DNA of 64,000 nt, from the NCBI GenBank assembly GCA_963790475.1, contig CAWBOS010000015.1:416001-480000 (forward strand), read 5' to 3'. The stretch is from an uncultured delta proteobacterium (GTDB lineage Bacteria > Desulfobacterota > RBG-13-43-22). The translations under genes were made by a program, and so were the position numbers. Of the stretch, positions 42,202-53,266 are shown in pieces; positions within the stretch are counted from its first letter, which is position 1; each line of letters begins with the position of its first letter. A model generated the notes under the pieces. The model was not told where the DNA came from. It did no database searches and was given only the letters and a program-made list of their open reading frames with translations.

Positions 42202-43413
42202 TTAACCGGAATGGCTGTGCAGTTTTATTTCAACCTTGTGTTCCAAATTCTTGTAATAATCCTGTAAAATAACCAAGACCTCAGGACGGCTGAATTCCTT
42301 GGGTACCTCTTCCCCTTCAGAAAGCATCTTCCGGAGTTTAGTGCCGCTCAACAGGAGGCGATCATCTTTTCCGTGGGGGCAGGTCTTCATAGAGGCCATA
42401 CCGCCGCACTTGTAACAATAGAAGGTCCAGTCGATTTTCAGGGGTTTAATCAATAAGGCCCCTTCCGGGATCTTCTCGAAAATATCCTGGGCATCAAAGG
42501 GACCGTAATAATCCCCAACCCCGGCATGGTCACGGCCGATAATCATATCCGTGGCCCCAAAGTTCTGACGGAAGACAGCGTGCAACAAGGCCTCTCTCGG
42601 TCCGGCGTAACGCATTTCCATAGGATAGCCCTTTTGAATGGCCCGGTCTTTGGGGAAGTATAATTCCACCAGGACATCGATACATTTTACTCGAACCTCA
42701 GCCGGGATGTCCCCTTCCTTCAACTTCCCCACTAACTGGTGAATAAAGACCCCGTCGGACACTTCCAGGGCTATCTTGGCCAGGTATTCATGGGAACGAT
42801 GCATGGGGTTACGAAGCTGTAAGGCGGCGATCTTTTTCCAGCCTTTTTCTTCAAAAATCTTGCGGGTTTCCGCCGGACGGGCATAAAGTCCCTTATACCT
42901 CTCCGGATAGTAACTTTCGCTGAACACCTTCACCGGACCGGCCAGATTGATCTCCGGTTGTTCCATAACCTTTTGGACTCCCGGGTGGGCGGGATCCGTG
43001 GTCCAGAATATCTGTTTGCACTCATATTCCTTATCAATAGTATATTTTTCCTTGACCTTCATGGAGCCCATTAATTCCCCAGTCTCATCATCAATCAGGG
43101 CGATCTCCTCACCTTCCTTGATCCCATCTGCCACGGCCTTGCTGGCGGACAAGGTAATCGGAATGGGCCAGAAAGTCCCGTCGATCATCAAGTATTTTTC
43201 ACAAACTCCCTTCCAGTCTGCCTTCCCCATGAATCCTTCCAAAGGGGTAAAAGCCCCGATCCCCAACATAATCAGGTCCGAGGTCTCACGGGTGGTCATT
43301 TTGACCTGTTTCAGACCTTTTGCCTTTTCCTTGGCGGCCTTTAAAGCCTCGCCTTCCAACAATAACGGTTTTAATTTCCCCTCTTTTCCGTGTGGGGGGA
43401 TCAAGTTTGACAT
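42202..43413 (-). CDS. sat: Sulfate adenylyltransferase
   Basis: [49 protein letters not shown]. Confidence 0.97.
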   Translation of the reverse strand: MSNLIPPHGKEGKLKPLLLEGEALKAAKEKAKGLKQVKMTTRETSDLIMLGIGAFTPLEGFMGKADWKGVCEKYLMIDGTFWPIPITLSASKAVADGIKEGEEIALIDDETGELMGSMKVKEKYTIDKEYECKQIFWTTDPAHPGVQKVMEQPEINLAGPVKVFSESYYPERYKGLYARPAETRKIFEEKGWKKIAALQLRNPMHRSHEYLAKIALEVSDGVFIHQLVGKLKEGDIPAEVRVKCIDVLVELYFPKDRAIQKGYPMEMRYAGPREALLHAVFRQNFGATDMIIGRDHAGVGDYYGPFDAQDIFEKIPEGALLIKPLKIDWTFYCYKCGGMASMKTCPHGKDDRLLLSGTKLRKMLSEGEEVPKEFSRPEVLVILQDYYKNLEHKVEIKLHSHSG

Positions 43414-43444
43414 AAGATTGTATCCTCCTTAAATAAAATAGAAT

Positions 43445-43462
43445 TTGTGAAAAGACGAACAA
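43445..43462. promoter_or_regulatory. Possible Rex-like operator upstream of sat
   Basis: TTGTGAA-AAGA-CGAACAA; one perfect and one degenerate half-site of TTGTGAA-N4-TTCACAA. Confidence 0.35.
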
Positions 43463-43665
43463 AAGTTGCGTATATCATGTTTTTTATTGCCCTGTCAAGT
43501 GAAAACTTTCTTTAACTGGGGTTTCAAGGGAAATTTGTACTCAGAAATTAAGGTAGTTAAAAATTAAATATAACTAATTATATTTAAATAATAATCTTAA
43601 GCCAATCTGAAATTCTGAGAATTATATTTCTGATGGTTGACCCCTGCTTTAAGCAGGTGTGCTTT

Positions 43666-44610
43666 TTAATCAGAGCAACGGCGATTTTCCAGGGCCAGTT
43701 CAATTAATCGATCCAATAAACCCGAAAAATCAATCCCGGCCGCCCTGGCAGCTAGAGGCAAAAGGCTGGTTTGAGTCATGCCTGGAATGGTATTGGTTTC
43801 CAATAAGATTATTTTTTCTTCTCGAATAATCATATCGGTTCGACTGTAACCTCTTAGATTCAAGGCGGTATGGGCCCGCATAGCGTATTCTTGAGCAAGT
43901 CTGGCCATAGATTCCGGCAATTCGGCCGGGCATATTTCCCGAGAGGCGTTCTCTCTATATTTTGCTTCATAATTAAAAAATTGATGATGTTCTGAGGGAA
44001 TAATCTCTACAATAGGCAAGGCTTGAAGGGATCGGTTTCCCAGTACCCCGGCGGTAATTTCCCGGCCCCTGATATATTCTTCAAGCAGTATCTCCTGATC
44101 TAGAGAAAATGTTTGATCGATTATTTCTGATAATTCTTTAATATCTTTGGCTATTTTAACTCCAATACTCGACCCTTCACAGTTGGGTTTAACCACGATC
44201 GGCCAGCCGAGTTCCCCAGCCACTGAATTCAAATCCAAATGGTCACCTTGGCGGGCAATCCGATCCCGGCCAACCGGCAGTCCTTCCAGTCGATATAACG
44301 CCTTGGTCAACCGTTTGTTAATGGCCATAGCGCTTCCTAAAACCCCGGAACCTTGATAGGGGATACCCAGCAATTCCAATAAGCCTTGAACCGTCCCGTC
44401 CTCCCCAAACCGGCCGTGGAGAATGATCAAGGCCACATCTATCCGGAGGGCATCGGCCACCAGAGGGGCCAAACCCTCTCTCAGATCATAGACAGAAACC
44501 TGATACCTTTCAGGACTTAAGGCCTTTTGAACTTCACCCCCGCTTTTAAGGGAAATCTCCCGTTCATTGGAAATGCCTCCTATCAGCAAGGCTACCCTGA
44601 GTTTCTTCAT
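43666..44610 (-). CDS. ddl: D-alanine--D-alanine ligase
   Basis: GGISNEREISLKSG, LHGRFGEDG, GSSIG, YEAKY, ETNTIPGMT. Confidence 0.95.
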   Translation of the reverse strand: MKKLRVALLIGGISNEREISLKSGGEVQKALSPERYQVSVYDLREGLAPLVADALRIDVALIILHGRFGEDGTVQGLLELLGIPYQGSGVLGSAMAINKRLTKALYRLEGLPVGRDRIARQGDHLDLNSVAGELGWPIVVKPNCEGSSIGVKIAKDIKELSEIIDQTFSLDQEILLEEYIRGREITAGVLGNRSLQALPIVEIIPSEHHQFFNYEAKYRENASREICPAELPESMARLAQEYAMRAHTALNLRGYSRTDMIIREEKIILLETNTIPGMTQTSLLPLAARAAGIDFSGLLDRLIELALENRRCSD

Positions 44611-45281
44611 TTTGATTGATCCTTTTCCGGAAGATAGATTTTTATCTCAATGTTGTGGGATTCTTTAAATCCTTTTAAAGGGGATAGCATCCCAACAATC
44701 CCACTCCGGGCAATATCCTGAACAAAATTATTCAAAGGGATATTTTTCCCATCCAAGATGACCCTGATAGAGGGCTTGTTCCGATTTTTTAAAAAGCGGT
44801 CTTCCACCAATTGAACGAGTCCCTCGGAATCTTCCGGCTTGAAATGAGGCAAGTCCGGTCGGAGGGGGACTTCTCCTACAGTGGCCACTATACTGCCCTT
44901 AATTTCCTTTAGAAGTTTTTCTTCCTGTCCTTTGGTCAACACCGCAATTTTGGGTTTATCCCCTTTTTTAAAACCCTCGGTCAGGATTATATCCCGTTCG
45001 GAGAAAAAGGATTGTTCAATCCGGTCCAGGGCCAGGGCATCCCTTTCTTCCATTTTTCCCCAAAAACCGATCTGTCCGGAACCGACCAGGACCACGCCAT
45101 CAGCCCCGGCCTGTCCGAACTTATGCGTATCTTTCCCGGGTTGATCCAGGGAGAAATCATGTCCGGTGTGTTTTATCATCCCAACGGTATACCCCTTGGC
45201 CTTCAGGATAGGGATCATTTTCTCCAACAGACGGGTTTTCCCGCTGTTGGAATATCCAACAATGGAAATAATCAGGGGCAT
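44607..45281 (-). CDS. mobB: Molybdopterin-guanine dinucleotide biosynthesis protein B
   Basis: GYSNSGKT, IKH, DQPGKDT, EGFK. Confidence 0.9.
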   Translation of the reverse strand: MPLIISIVGYSNSGKTRLLEKMIPILKAKGYTVGMIKHTGHDFSLDQPGKDTHKFGQAGADGVVLVGSGQIGFWGKMEERDALALDRIEQSFFSERDIILTEGFKKGDKPKIAVLTKGQEEKLLKEIKGSIVATVGEVPLRPDLPHFKPEDSEGLVQLVEDRFLKNRNKPSIRVILDGKNIPLNNFVQDIARSGIVGMLSPLKGFKESHNIEIKIYLPEKDQSK

Positions 45282-45717
45282 CTTTTCTCCTTTGTTTATT
45301 TATGAATTCCATGAAGTCGTTCCCAAAGAGGCTTGTTCTGGGAGGGGTCTGCAAAAAAAGACTTAAAGCCGTCTTTGAAATCGCCTATCTTCCCAGGTTA
45401 TCCTCCGGTCAAACGGTCTTCAAACCCCGTTAGAATCCGGGGTACTTATCGTTAGAATAAGCTATAAAAAAAGTCTCACATTTTTTCAAGTAAATAAGGG
45501 GCTCATTTAAATTTTCCCTTATGGAGTAACCTGCCCTCTTCGGTTTTTCTTCTTGATCTGCCGGCCTTCCTCATATATATAAAAAAAGCATCTAATTCCA
45601 AAGATCCCGAACCATCATTCCGGCGTTAGCTGGGATCAGATTTTGCGACGCATCAAGGTTCCCGCCGCCTGTCCCTGACCTGAAACGGGAACTGCCAGGG
45701 TGAGGGAGTTTTGAGAT

Positions 45718-46455
45718 TTGCCAGAACTTCCAAGTGCTGATAAAAAACCATCTTCCAAAGAACCTATGGCTCTGATGAAACCAGGGATATCCCTCAATCT
45801 TGTGGTCAATACCAATATTATTAGGGAAATTAATGACATTCGCGCGACAACTCTTCATGATATTTCGGGGGGAAAACTTATCCTGGCCCAGACCGATCCC
45901 CCTCTCTCAACCACCCATTTAAATAAAAGCATTATTATTTCTTTTTTGACTGAAGAAAAGGAAAATCCTGTTCGTTACGGGTTTCATGCTAAGGTTGTAG
46001 AATTCATCAAAGAATACCGATTGTCTTCATCCCAAACGGCTCCGGCCGTCGTTGTTCTGCAAAAAACACTCCCCGAGCGCTATAATCTTCGAATGTTTTA
46101 CCGCATTCACCCCCCGAGCAATTTTGGTCTGCAGATATCCATTGACGGCCAGCCGATGGGTATTGTTGATATATCAATCGGAGGAGCTACAATAAGCGCC
46201 ACGCTCAGCCAAAATCGGGAATTCAAGTTTGTGACGGGTAAAACCATTAGGGTTACCCTGGCCCTCGACGAACAACACTTTAACGTTGAAACACAAATCA
46301 AAAGAATATCTTTTCCGGACATTCAAAAATGGAGTCGTGAATTAGTATTTATAAGCCTTCAATTTTGTGACCGGAATCTGGAACTGGACCGGGTCCTGGG
46401 AGGGAAACTACTCGATATCCAGAGAAAATTACGTTCCAAGGGCCTTGATCCTTGA
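45718..46455 (+). CDS. PilZ/YcgR-like protein
   Basis: NLRMFYRI (RxxxR) and DISIGG (DxSxxG). Confidence 0.7.
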   Translation: MPELPSADKKPSSKEPMALMKPGISLNLVVNTNIIREINDIRATTLHDISGGKLILAQTDPPLSTTHLNKSIIISFLTEEKENPVRYGFHAKVVEFIKEYRLSSSQTAPAVVVLQKTLPERYNLRMFYRIHPPSNFGLQISIDGQPMGIVDISIGGATISATLSQNREFKFVTGKTIRVTLALDEQHFNVETQIKRISFPDIQKWSRELVFISLQFCDRNLELDRVLGGKLLDIQRKLRSKGLDP

Positions 46456-46654
46456 ATGCTTTCTTTCCTTTACTAATAGGGCTGAATGCCTATACCGGAT
46501 ATTCCGCCTCCCCTAAAACCTCTTCATAAAATCCGGGACCAAAAATTAAGTTAAAAAAATTATTCTTTTCTAACCCTTTTATTATACGTTACGATGAGAC
46601 GGATTGATTCCGGCCAATGATTCAAAGGAAAAAAAACTACTGGAGGCAATGACT

Positions 46655-48094
46655 ATGGATAAAAAGACCGGGTTCCATATGACCGCCGACGAATTTCGCC
46701 GCCATGGACGGGCCGTTGTGGATTGGATCGCCGATTACTATCAGAACATCGAATCGTTTCCGGTCCTGTCTCAGGTTCAACCCGGGCAGATTCGCGCTTC
46801 TCTCCCTAAGGACCCGCCCTTACAGGGTGAGAGTTTTGAGGAAATCCTTGCCGATGTGACCCGACTGATCCTGCCCGGGATCACCCACTGGCAGTCTCCT
46901 AACTTCTTTGCTTTTTTCCCGGCCAATGCCTCCGGACCTTCAGTTTTAGGAGAGCTGCTTTCCGCCGGACTGGGGGTCCAGGGCATGTTGTGGGCTACCA
47001 GTCCGGCCAGTACCGAGTTGGAAACCCATGTCTTGGACTGGCTGGTAGAAATGCTGGGTCTGCCGAAAAAATTCAACTCCCTCGGAAAAGGGGGCGGAGT
47101 GATCCAGGACACGGCTTCCAGTGCCTCACTAAGTGCCCTGCTGGCTGCCCGTGAACGGGCCACTGGTTTTCAGACCAACGAGAAAGGCTGCGACGGCCGG
47201 CTGGTGGCTTACACCTCAACCCAGGCCCATTCCTCCATTGAGAAGGCAGTCAAGATTGCCGGACTGGGGGTGAAGAACCTCCGGCTCATCGAGGTGGATC
47301 ACGGATTTGCCATGCAACCCGAAGCCCTGGCCCGGCAAATCGGGTTGGATCGTCAGACCGGTTTGATCCCCTGTTTTGTATCCGCTACCGTAGGAACGAC
47401 GTCTTCGAATGCCCTGGACCCTTTGCCTGAAATCGGCAGGATCTGCAAAAAGGAAGGATTGTGGTTTCATGTGGATGGGGCCATGTCCGGAACCGCCGCC
47501 CTCTGCCCTGAATATCGATTTATCCTTAATGGATTGGAAACAGCCGATAGCTTCTGTTTCAATCCCCACAAATGGATGTTTACCAATTTCGATTGCGACT
47601 GTTTCTTTGTGGCTGACCGGGAGACCCTGATCAACACCTTCAGTATCCTCCCTGAATATTTACGGAATAAGGCCTCCGAATCAGGAGCTGTTTTTGATTA
47701 TCGGGATTGGCATATCCAATTGGGAAGACGTTTTCGTGCTTTAAAATTGTGGTTCGTCCTTCGCTACTATGGAATCGAGGGCTTGCAGTATCATGTAAGG
47801 CAGCACATCAAACTGGCCCAAGCCTTTGCCCAGTGGGTTCAAGGAGACGACCGGTTTGAATTGGCCGCGCCGGCGCCGTTGAATCTGGTTTGTTTTCGAG
47901 TTAAAGGCAGCGATGAACAGAACCAACAATTGTTGGAAAAATTGAATCAAAGCGGGGTCCTTTATATATCTCATACCGCACTCAATGGTCGATATACCCT
48001 TCGTTTTTGCGTCGCCCAGACTAATACTGAGGAACGCCACGTGGTCCAGGCCTGGAAAAAAATTCAGGAAACCGCCGCACTGATTGTTAGCTGA
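46655..48094 (+). CDS. PLP-dependent aromatic-L-amino-acid decarboxylase (group II)
   Basis: PGITHWQSP, WATSPASTELE, AHSSIEKA, FNPHKW, LGRRFRALKLW. Confidence 0.9.
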   Translation: MDKKTGFHMTADEFRRHGRAVVDWIADYYQNIESFPVLSQVQPGQIRASLPKDPPLQGESFEEILADVTRLILPGITHWQSPNFFAFFPANASGPSVLGELLSAGLGVQGMLWATSPASTELETHVLDWLVEMLGLPKKFNSLGKGGGVIQDTASSASLSALLAARERATGFQTNEKGCDGRLVAYTSTQAHSSIEKAVKIAGLGVKNLRLIEVDHGFAMQPEALARQIGLDRQTGLIPCFVSATVGTTSSNALDPLPEIGRICKKEGLWFHVDGAMSGTAALCPEYRFILNGLETADSFCFNPHKWMFTNFDCDCFFVADRETLINTFSILPEYLRNKASESGAVFDYRDWHIQLGRRFRALKLWFVLRYYGIEGLQYHVRQHIKLAQAFAQWVQGDDRFELAAPAPLNLVCFRVKGSDEQNQQLLEKLNQSGVLYISHTALNGRYTLRFCVAQTNTEERHVVQAWKKIQETAALIVS

Positions 48095-49648
48095 ATGAAA
48101 ACTAAAACTCCTTTGGTCAAAAAAATATTTCTCAAGCTGTCTCCCCCCAGTCTAAAGGATAACACGGCGGAGATCGATCGCCTCAATAAACAAGTCAAAA
48201 ATGTATTGGGGATCGAATCTCTATCCGTGCCCTTTGCTCGCATTTCTGAATGGGTTTCAATCATCCGGGACGCTGGATATCAAGTAACGGCCACAATAAC
48301 GATGACCCCACCATTATGTCCTATCATACATCTGGAACCGGGCGATACAACCCGGAGAAATTTCGGTCTGGCCGTGGATCTGGGAACCACCCGAATGGCC
48401 TATCAGCTCTGGGATCTGGCTCAGGGGAAATTATTAGTAGAAACCTCGAGTGAAAATCCTCAGACCCGATTCGGGGCCGATATCCTGACCCGGATTCATT
48501 ATGCCGACCATCCGGACCGCCTGAAAGAATTACAGGCACGTGTGATTTCCGAAATCAATGCTGTTCTTTCAAACTTCATCAGGGAATACCATCTCTCTTC
48601 TCAGGAAATTTTTGCCCTGACCCTGGCCGGCAACACCACCATGACTCATCTTTTTCTCGGGCTCAACCCGGCCTCTATTTGCCGGGAACCTTATATCCCC
48701 ATCCTCAATACCGTTGAACCCCTGACTGCTCAGGACTTAGGATTGAACCTCCATCCTCGGGCCGTGGTTTATTGCTTTCCCAATGTGGGCAGTTATCTTG
48801 GCGGAGATTTATTGGCCGGGATTCTAAATTCGAGACTCCATCAACAGGAGGCCCTTTCCATATTGGTCGATGTCGGGACCAATGCCGAAGTGGTCTTCGG
48901 CAATTCCGAGTGGCTGATCGGCTGTGCCGGTGCCGCCGGTCCGGCCTTGGAAGGTGGAGTGGCCCAGATGGGCATGGTGGCCGACGACGGGGCCATTGAA
49001 AAAGTCCGGATCGATCCGAAAACCAAAGAATTAAGTTATTCCTTGATCGGCCAGGGTCTCCCGAGAGGGATTTGCGGCTCCGGCCTGGTCGACTTGACTG
49101 CCGAATTATTTATGGCCGGCCTTCTGGATATTAGAGGAAAATTTAATTTAAAAGAACCCACGGATCGCTGGATAAAAATTGACGACCAACCGGCTTATTT
49201 ATTGGTCCCGGCCGAGGAAACTGCCAATCATCTCCCCATCGTCCTCACCCAGGTGGATCTGGATATTCTGCTCCGGTCCAAGGCGGCCATGTACACCATA
49301 CTGACCACCCTGGTACAGTCGGTTGGATATGAGTTGAACGATATCGAACAATTTTTTGTCGCCGGCGCCTTTGGCAACCATATCGATCCCCGAAGGGCCG
49401 TCATCCTGGGCTTGCTCCCGGACCTGCCTTTGGAACGCTATATTCCTTTGGGAAATACCTCGCTCAAGGGGGGAGCCGATGTGCTGCTGAATTATCAGGC
49501 CATGGAAGAGGTAAATAAAATCGCCGATAAGATTACCTACCTGGAAATGAACGTCAACCAGGATTTTATGAACCGTTTCAGTGCCGCCCGCTTCATCCCC
49601 CACACCGACCCGAACTTGTTTCCTTCGGTACTACGACCCGAGAATTAA
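48095..49648 (+). CDS. RACo/DUF4445 ASKHA ATPase (reductive activator of corrinoid proteins) lacking the N-terminal 2Fe-2S domain
   Basis: AVDLGTT, GADILTRI, GNTTM, DVGTNAE, AAGPALEG, GICGSG, AGAFG, FIPHTD. Confidence 0.85.
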   Translation: MKTKTPLVKKIFLKLSPPSLKDNTAEIDRLNKQVKNVLGIESLSVPFARISEWVSIIRDAGYQVTATITMTPPLCPIIHLEPGDTTRRNFGLAVDLGTTRMAYQLWDLAQGKLLVETSSENPQTRFGADILTRIHYADHPDRLKELQARVISEINAVLSNFIREYHLSSQEIFALTLAGNTTMTHLFLGLNPASICREPYIPILNTVEPLTAQDLGLNLHPRAVVYCFPNVGSYLGGDLLAGILNSRLHQQEALSILVDVGTNAEVVFGNSEWLIGCAGAAGPALEGGVAQMGMVADDGAIEKVRIDPKTKELSYSLIGQGLPRGICGSGLVDLTAELFMAGLLDIRGKFNLKEPTDRWIKIDDQPAYLLVPAEETANHLPIVLTQVDLDILLRSKAAMYTILTTLVQSVGYELNDIEQFFVAGAFGNHIDPRRAVILGLLPDLPLERYIPLGNTSLKGGADVLLNYQAMEEVNKIADKITYLEMNVNQDFMNRFSAARFIPHTDPNLFPSVLRPEN

Positions 49649-49765
49649 ATCTCAAATCCGCCGGGATTCCCGGAGCGAAAAAATAAGCTTTAACCTGAAG
49701 GAGAAACCTCCCAGGGTCGGCAAAAAGAGGACTAAAAAGAATGAGATTAAAGGCCTTTTCCTTAA

Positions 49766-51138
49766 CTAAATTAATAGATTTAGAGCCTCCTGGGCATACA
49801 CTATTTTTATCCGGCATTCATCCTTCTTATTGAAGGTTAATGTGGCGCTTTTTAAGAAAGAGTTGGAATTTCTATCCATAACAAAAGTCTTACCGGAAAT
49901 TCTGGCAGCGGTGACCGGGAACTGAATATCGGTTTTTGCTGCCGGATGTTTTAGAGCCAGGAGAAGGGACTGTAATGATTTATTCTTTTCCGGATTGGGT
50001 TTAAGCGAAACCGATGATTTGACCGCAGGCGCCAAATAATCATTGACATAAGACGGTATCATCGTTCGTCCCTGTTTCACCCCTGCTGTAAATACAGCCA
50101 CTAAATCCAAATCCGGCATTATACAAATGGTTTGCCCAAATCGTCCCTCTGCCTCAAATCTTTTGTTAGTAAATCCAGGCCCCCCCATCACCCACCACTG
50201 GTAACCATAACCATAGCCGCTGGAATCATTGAAATCTACTTGCTTTTTTGTGGCTTCTTCCACCCAATCCGCGGGAACAACCTGCTTGTCCTCCCAAACA
50301 CCATGATTCAAAAAAAGAAAGCCGAATTTCTCCATATCCCGTGGTGTTAAATAAAGGCCCCAGCCGCCGATGGTTAAATTTTGGCTATCTGATAACCAAA
50401 AATCAGAAATGCCAATGGGTTTAAATAGTTTCTTTCTGGCATAACCCGAAGGATTATAACCCGTGGTCTTTTTTACAATCGCGGATAGGAGATGAGACAC
50501 TCCGCTATTATAATTGAAAGTATCTCCAGGGTTGCTGATCATGGGTTGATTAAGAACGAATCCGACCCAGTCGCTACTTCTGGCCATTATAAATATCGGA
50601 TCAGTTATATCATAAGTGCGCTCTTTCCATTCCAGACCGCTGGTCATGGTTAAGAGGTTTTTCAAGGTCACCGATTTTTTTCTATCATCAAGGTTGGTTA
50701 ATTTATATTCAAGAAAGAAATCAAAGACCCTCTGTTCAACCGATTCAATCAATCCCTCACCTTTAGCAATCCCGATCAATGTGGAAGTAAAGCTTTTGGT
50801 GCAGGAGAGATGATGAAAATAGGCTTCATCATAAGGATTAAAATAGGCTTCCGTAACCAGGTACCCGTGGCGGACAATCAAAACACTGTGAATATCCTCA
50901 TTTTGATCGATGATAGCCTTAAACATCTTAAGCAACATCTCAGAATCCATTCCCTGTTCTTCGGGCGTAGAAATTTTCCAGGCGTCAGTAGGCCAATAAT
51001 CCCCCTGAATAGCTGATTGGCTTACTGTCTTAGTAAAAGAATTATCAGATTTATTGACATTGGGTATGGTGCCAGAACAGGCAAAGAGAAAAATAGCTGC
51101 TAATATAACTGGAATATTTTGGAAATTTTGATTTTCAT
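49766..51138 (-). CDS. Serine hydrolase / class C beta-lactamase-like lipoprotein (frameshift near 51090)
   Basis: SCTK (SxxK), FNYNS, YGYQWW; upstream frame gives an LFAC lipobox and YWPTDAWKISTPEEQGMDS. Confidence 0.75.
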
Positions 51139-51161
51139 TTTCCCCCCCTTACCCTTTTTGC

Positions 51162-52355
51162 TCAATTTATGGCTAAAAGCGCCCAGAAAAGGACCCCCTT
51201 CCAGAACACGCCTTCGTCCGGGTTGAACGTGGGTGAATGCTGCCCGCCCGACCCCGGTGTGTAGGCATCAATCAGGAACATCGCGCCAGGGACGCCATAA
51301 AGGTAGTGAGCGAAGTCTTCACCCCCCAGTAAGGGAGGAATTTCTCTCACCTCCTGACCGTTCCGTCTAAGCAGGGCGAAAACGCGGTTGAAAATCTCAG
51401 GGTCGTTATGGAGCGCGGGATGCCCATAAAAGGGCGTAGCTTCAAGTTCAGCCCCCATGCTGTCGGCCACTGCCTTGACCTCGGCGATGAGCTTACCGGT
51501 CATCTCCTTGTGCCGCTCGCTTGGAAAAAGTGTCCGAAATCCATACCACAACTCGGCCTGGGCCGGCATCACGTTACTACCTTTACCCGTGTTCAAGATG
51601 ACTGGCTCGAGAGCGACCGGGTCTGTGGGTCTGAAATAGCGGGCGGCAAACGTGTCCAGGCGACTCATCACCGCGTGAGCCACCCGAAGCGCATTCACTC
51701 CCAGGCTGGGTTCGCCGGCGTGGCCTCCCGATGCAGTCAAGAGAAAACGAACGCGGCCCGAATTGCCGAGCATGGCCCCTGCGCGAGACAGGAACACACC
51801 GTGAGTTCCCTCCTCTCCGGCCCCGATGTGGAGGGCATAGGCCGAGCTTATACTATGCAGCACACCCTCCTTGACGAGGAGGTAGCCCCCCGAGACAGGC
51901 TCCGGAGATGTCCCCGGGTTCTCCTCGGCGTCCTGGAAGACTAAACGAAGGTGATGATTTGGCAAAACGCTTCCCTCGGAAACACACCTGAGAAATCCCA
52001 GGAGCATCGCGGTATGCGTATCATGGCCGCAGGCATGTGAGATTCCCTCCGTCTGCGAGGAATACTCAAGTCCAGTCTTTTCGGGCACCGGTAGAGCGTC
52101 AAAATCGGCCCGGAATAGAAGGCGGTCATGACTTCCTTCGATGTCAATATCGACCATGATACCGCCCCTCAATTTGAGCGGGGGCTGAATGGCCACATTC
52201 CCATAGTTCCGGTCAGCCAGGGAGATCACCTCATCCAGAATGCGCCGGCGGGTGAGAACCGTCTCATACCGGATTTCAGGATGGCGGTGGAACTCGCGAC
52301 GTATCTCCACTACATAGCTCTGTTGGCTCTGAGCCGCTTTCATCAGATTCTTCAT
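51162..52355 (-). CDS. M20D amidohydrolase
   Basis: RREFHRHPE, RADFDALP, HACGHD, AEE, GGHA, GEDF, HSPTF. Confidence 0.88.
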   Translation of the reverse strand: MKNLMKAAQSQQSYVVEIRREFHRHPEIRYETVLTRRRILDEVISLADRNYGNVAIQPPLKLRGGIMVDIDIEGSHDRLLFRADFDALPVPEKTGLEYSSQTEGISHACGHDTHTAMLLGFLRCVSEGSVLPNHHLRLVFQDAEENPGTSPEPVSGGYLLVKEGVLHSISSAYALHIGAGEEGTHGVFLSRAGAMLGNSGRVRFLLTASGGHAGEPSLGVNALRVAHAVMSRLDTFAARYFRPTDPVALEPVILNTGKGSNVMPAQAELWYGFRTLFPSERHKEMTGKLIAEVKAVADSMGAELEATPFYGHPALHNDPEIFNRVFALLRRNGQEVREIPPLLGGEDFAHYLYGVPGAMFLIDAYTPGSGGQHSPTFNPDEGVFWKGVLFWALLAIN

Positions 52356-52397
52356 CAATGCCTCTTCTAATGATGCCAAATAAATGGAAGAAATAGT

Positions 52398-53122
52398 TCA
52401 TTCATTTTTGATTGAATCCCATAATAGTAATTCATGTTCAGCAAGTTTTCGGAGATTGCCTACTAATAACTCCCTATTTTCATATTTCATTCCAACAGTA
52501 GCGATCTCATTTAAAAACTTCACCGTAACTTTTCCTGGTCTTATTTTCCATTCTCCATAGGGTAAACAATTATTAGAACCATGGAACATTACGGGAAAAA
52601 TTTTAGCGTTTGCTTGAATTGCGAGAACAGCCGGTCCCTTTTTGTATGGGATCAATGACCCATTAACAGATCGTTTGCCTTCAATCGAAAGATAAACAGC
52701 CCGCCTTTTCGAAGATAAGACTCTGCCTTCTTAAATTTTCTCTTGGATTGCTTTGGGAGTTGCCGAATAATCACCCAACCAAAAATCCATGATATCCAAC
52801 CCATAAAAGGGATTAGAGCGTATTCAATGTTCCAAATTGACATAAATACCCTTGGTGCTATTATCTGGCCGATTATTGGATCTATCAGGCTTTGTTGCGT
52901 AAGTCCGACCACAACACCTCCTGAAGATAGGTCAAAGTTTTGGTCTTCATATTCGACAATTACTCCAACTCCAAACATTTTTAAAAAAATCCGACCCCAG
53001 GTGACAATGATCACCCATGCAGCAGATCGGCTTATAAGTCCTACTGGTATTGCAATTGAATACATAAGAATTAATAGAATAAAAGAGTTCAGATAACGGA
53101 ATAGGTAGCTGAAGAGGTTCAT
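52398..53122 (-). CDS. PlsC-like acyltransferase with atypical catalytic motif (frameshift near 52697)
   Basis: TQQSLID, IPFMGW, then SIEGKRS...PYKKG, IRPGKVTV. Confidence 0.65.
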
Positions 53123-53266
53123 TCAAACAATCCTTTGTATCGAATTATTTGTGGTGGGTGACATCCTGCCGGAGGAAATGAATGTTTTATTGGATGGATC
53201 TTTTGGGATATGGATCTGGGCCATGAATCTCCTCAAGATCTTCAGGAAGGGTATTTGAAAGATTAA

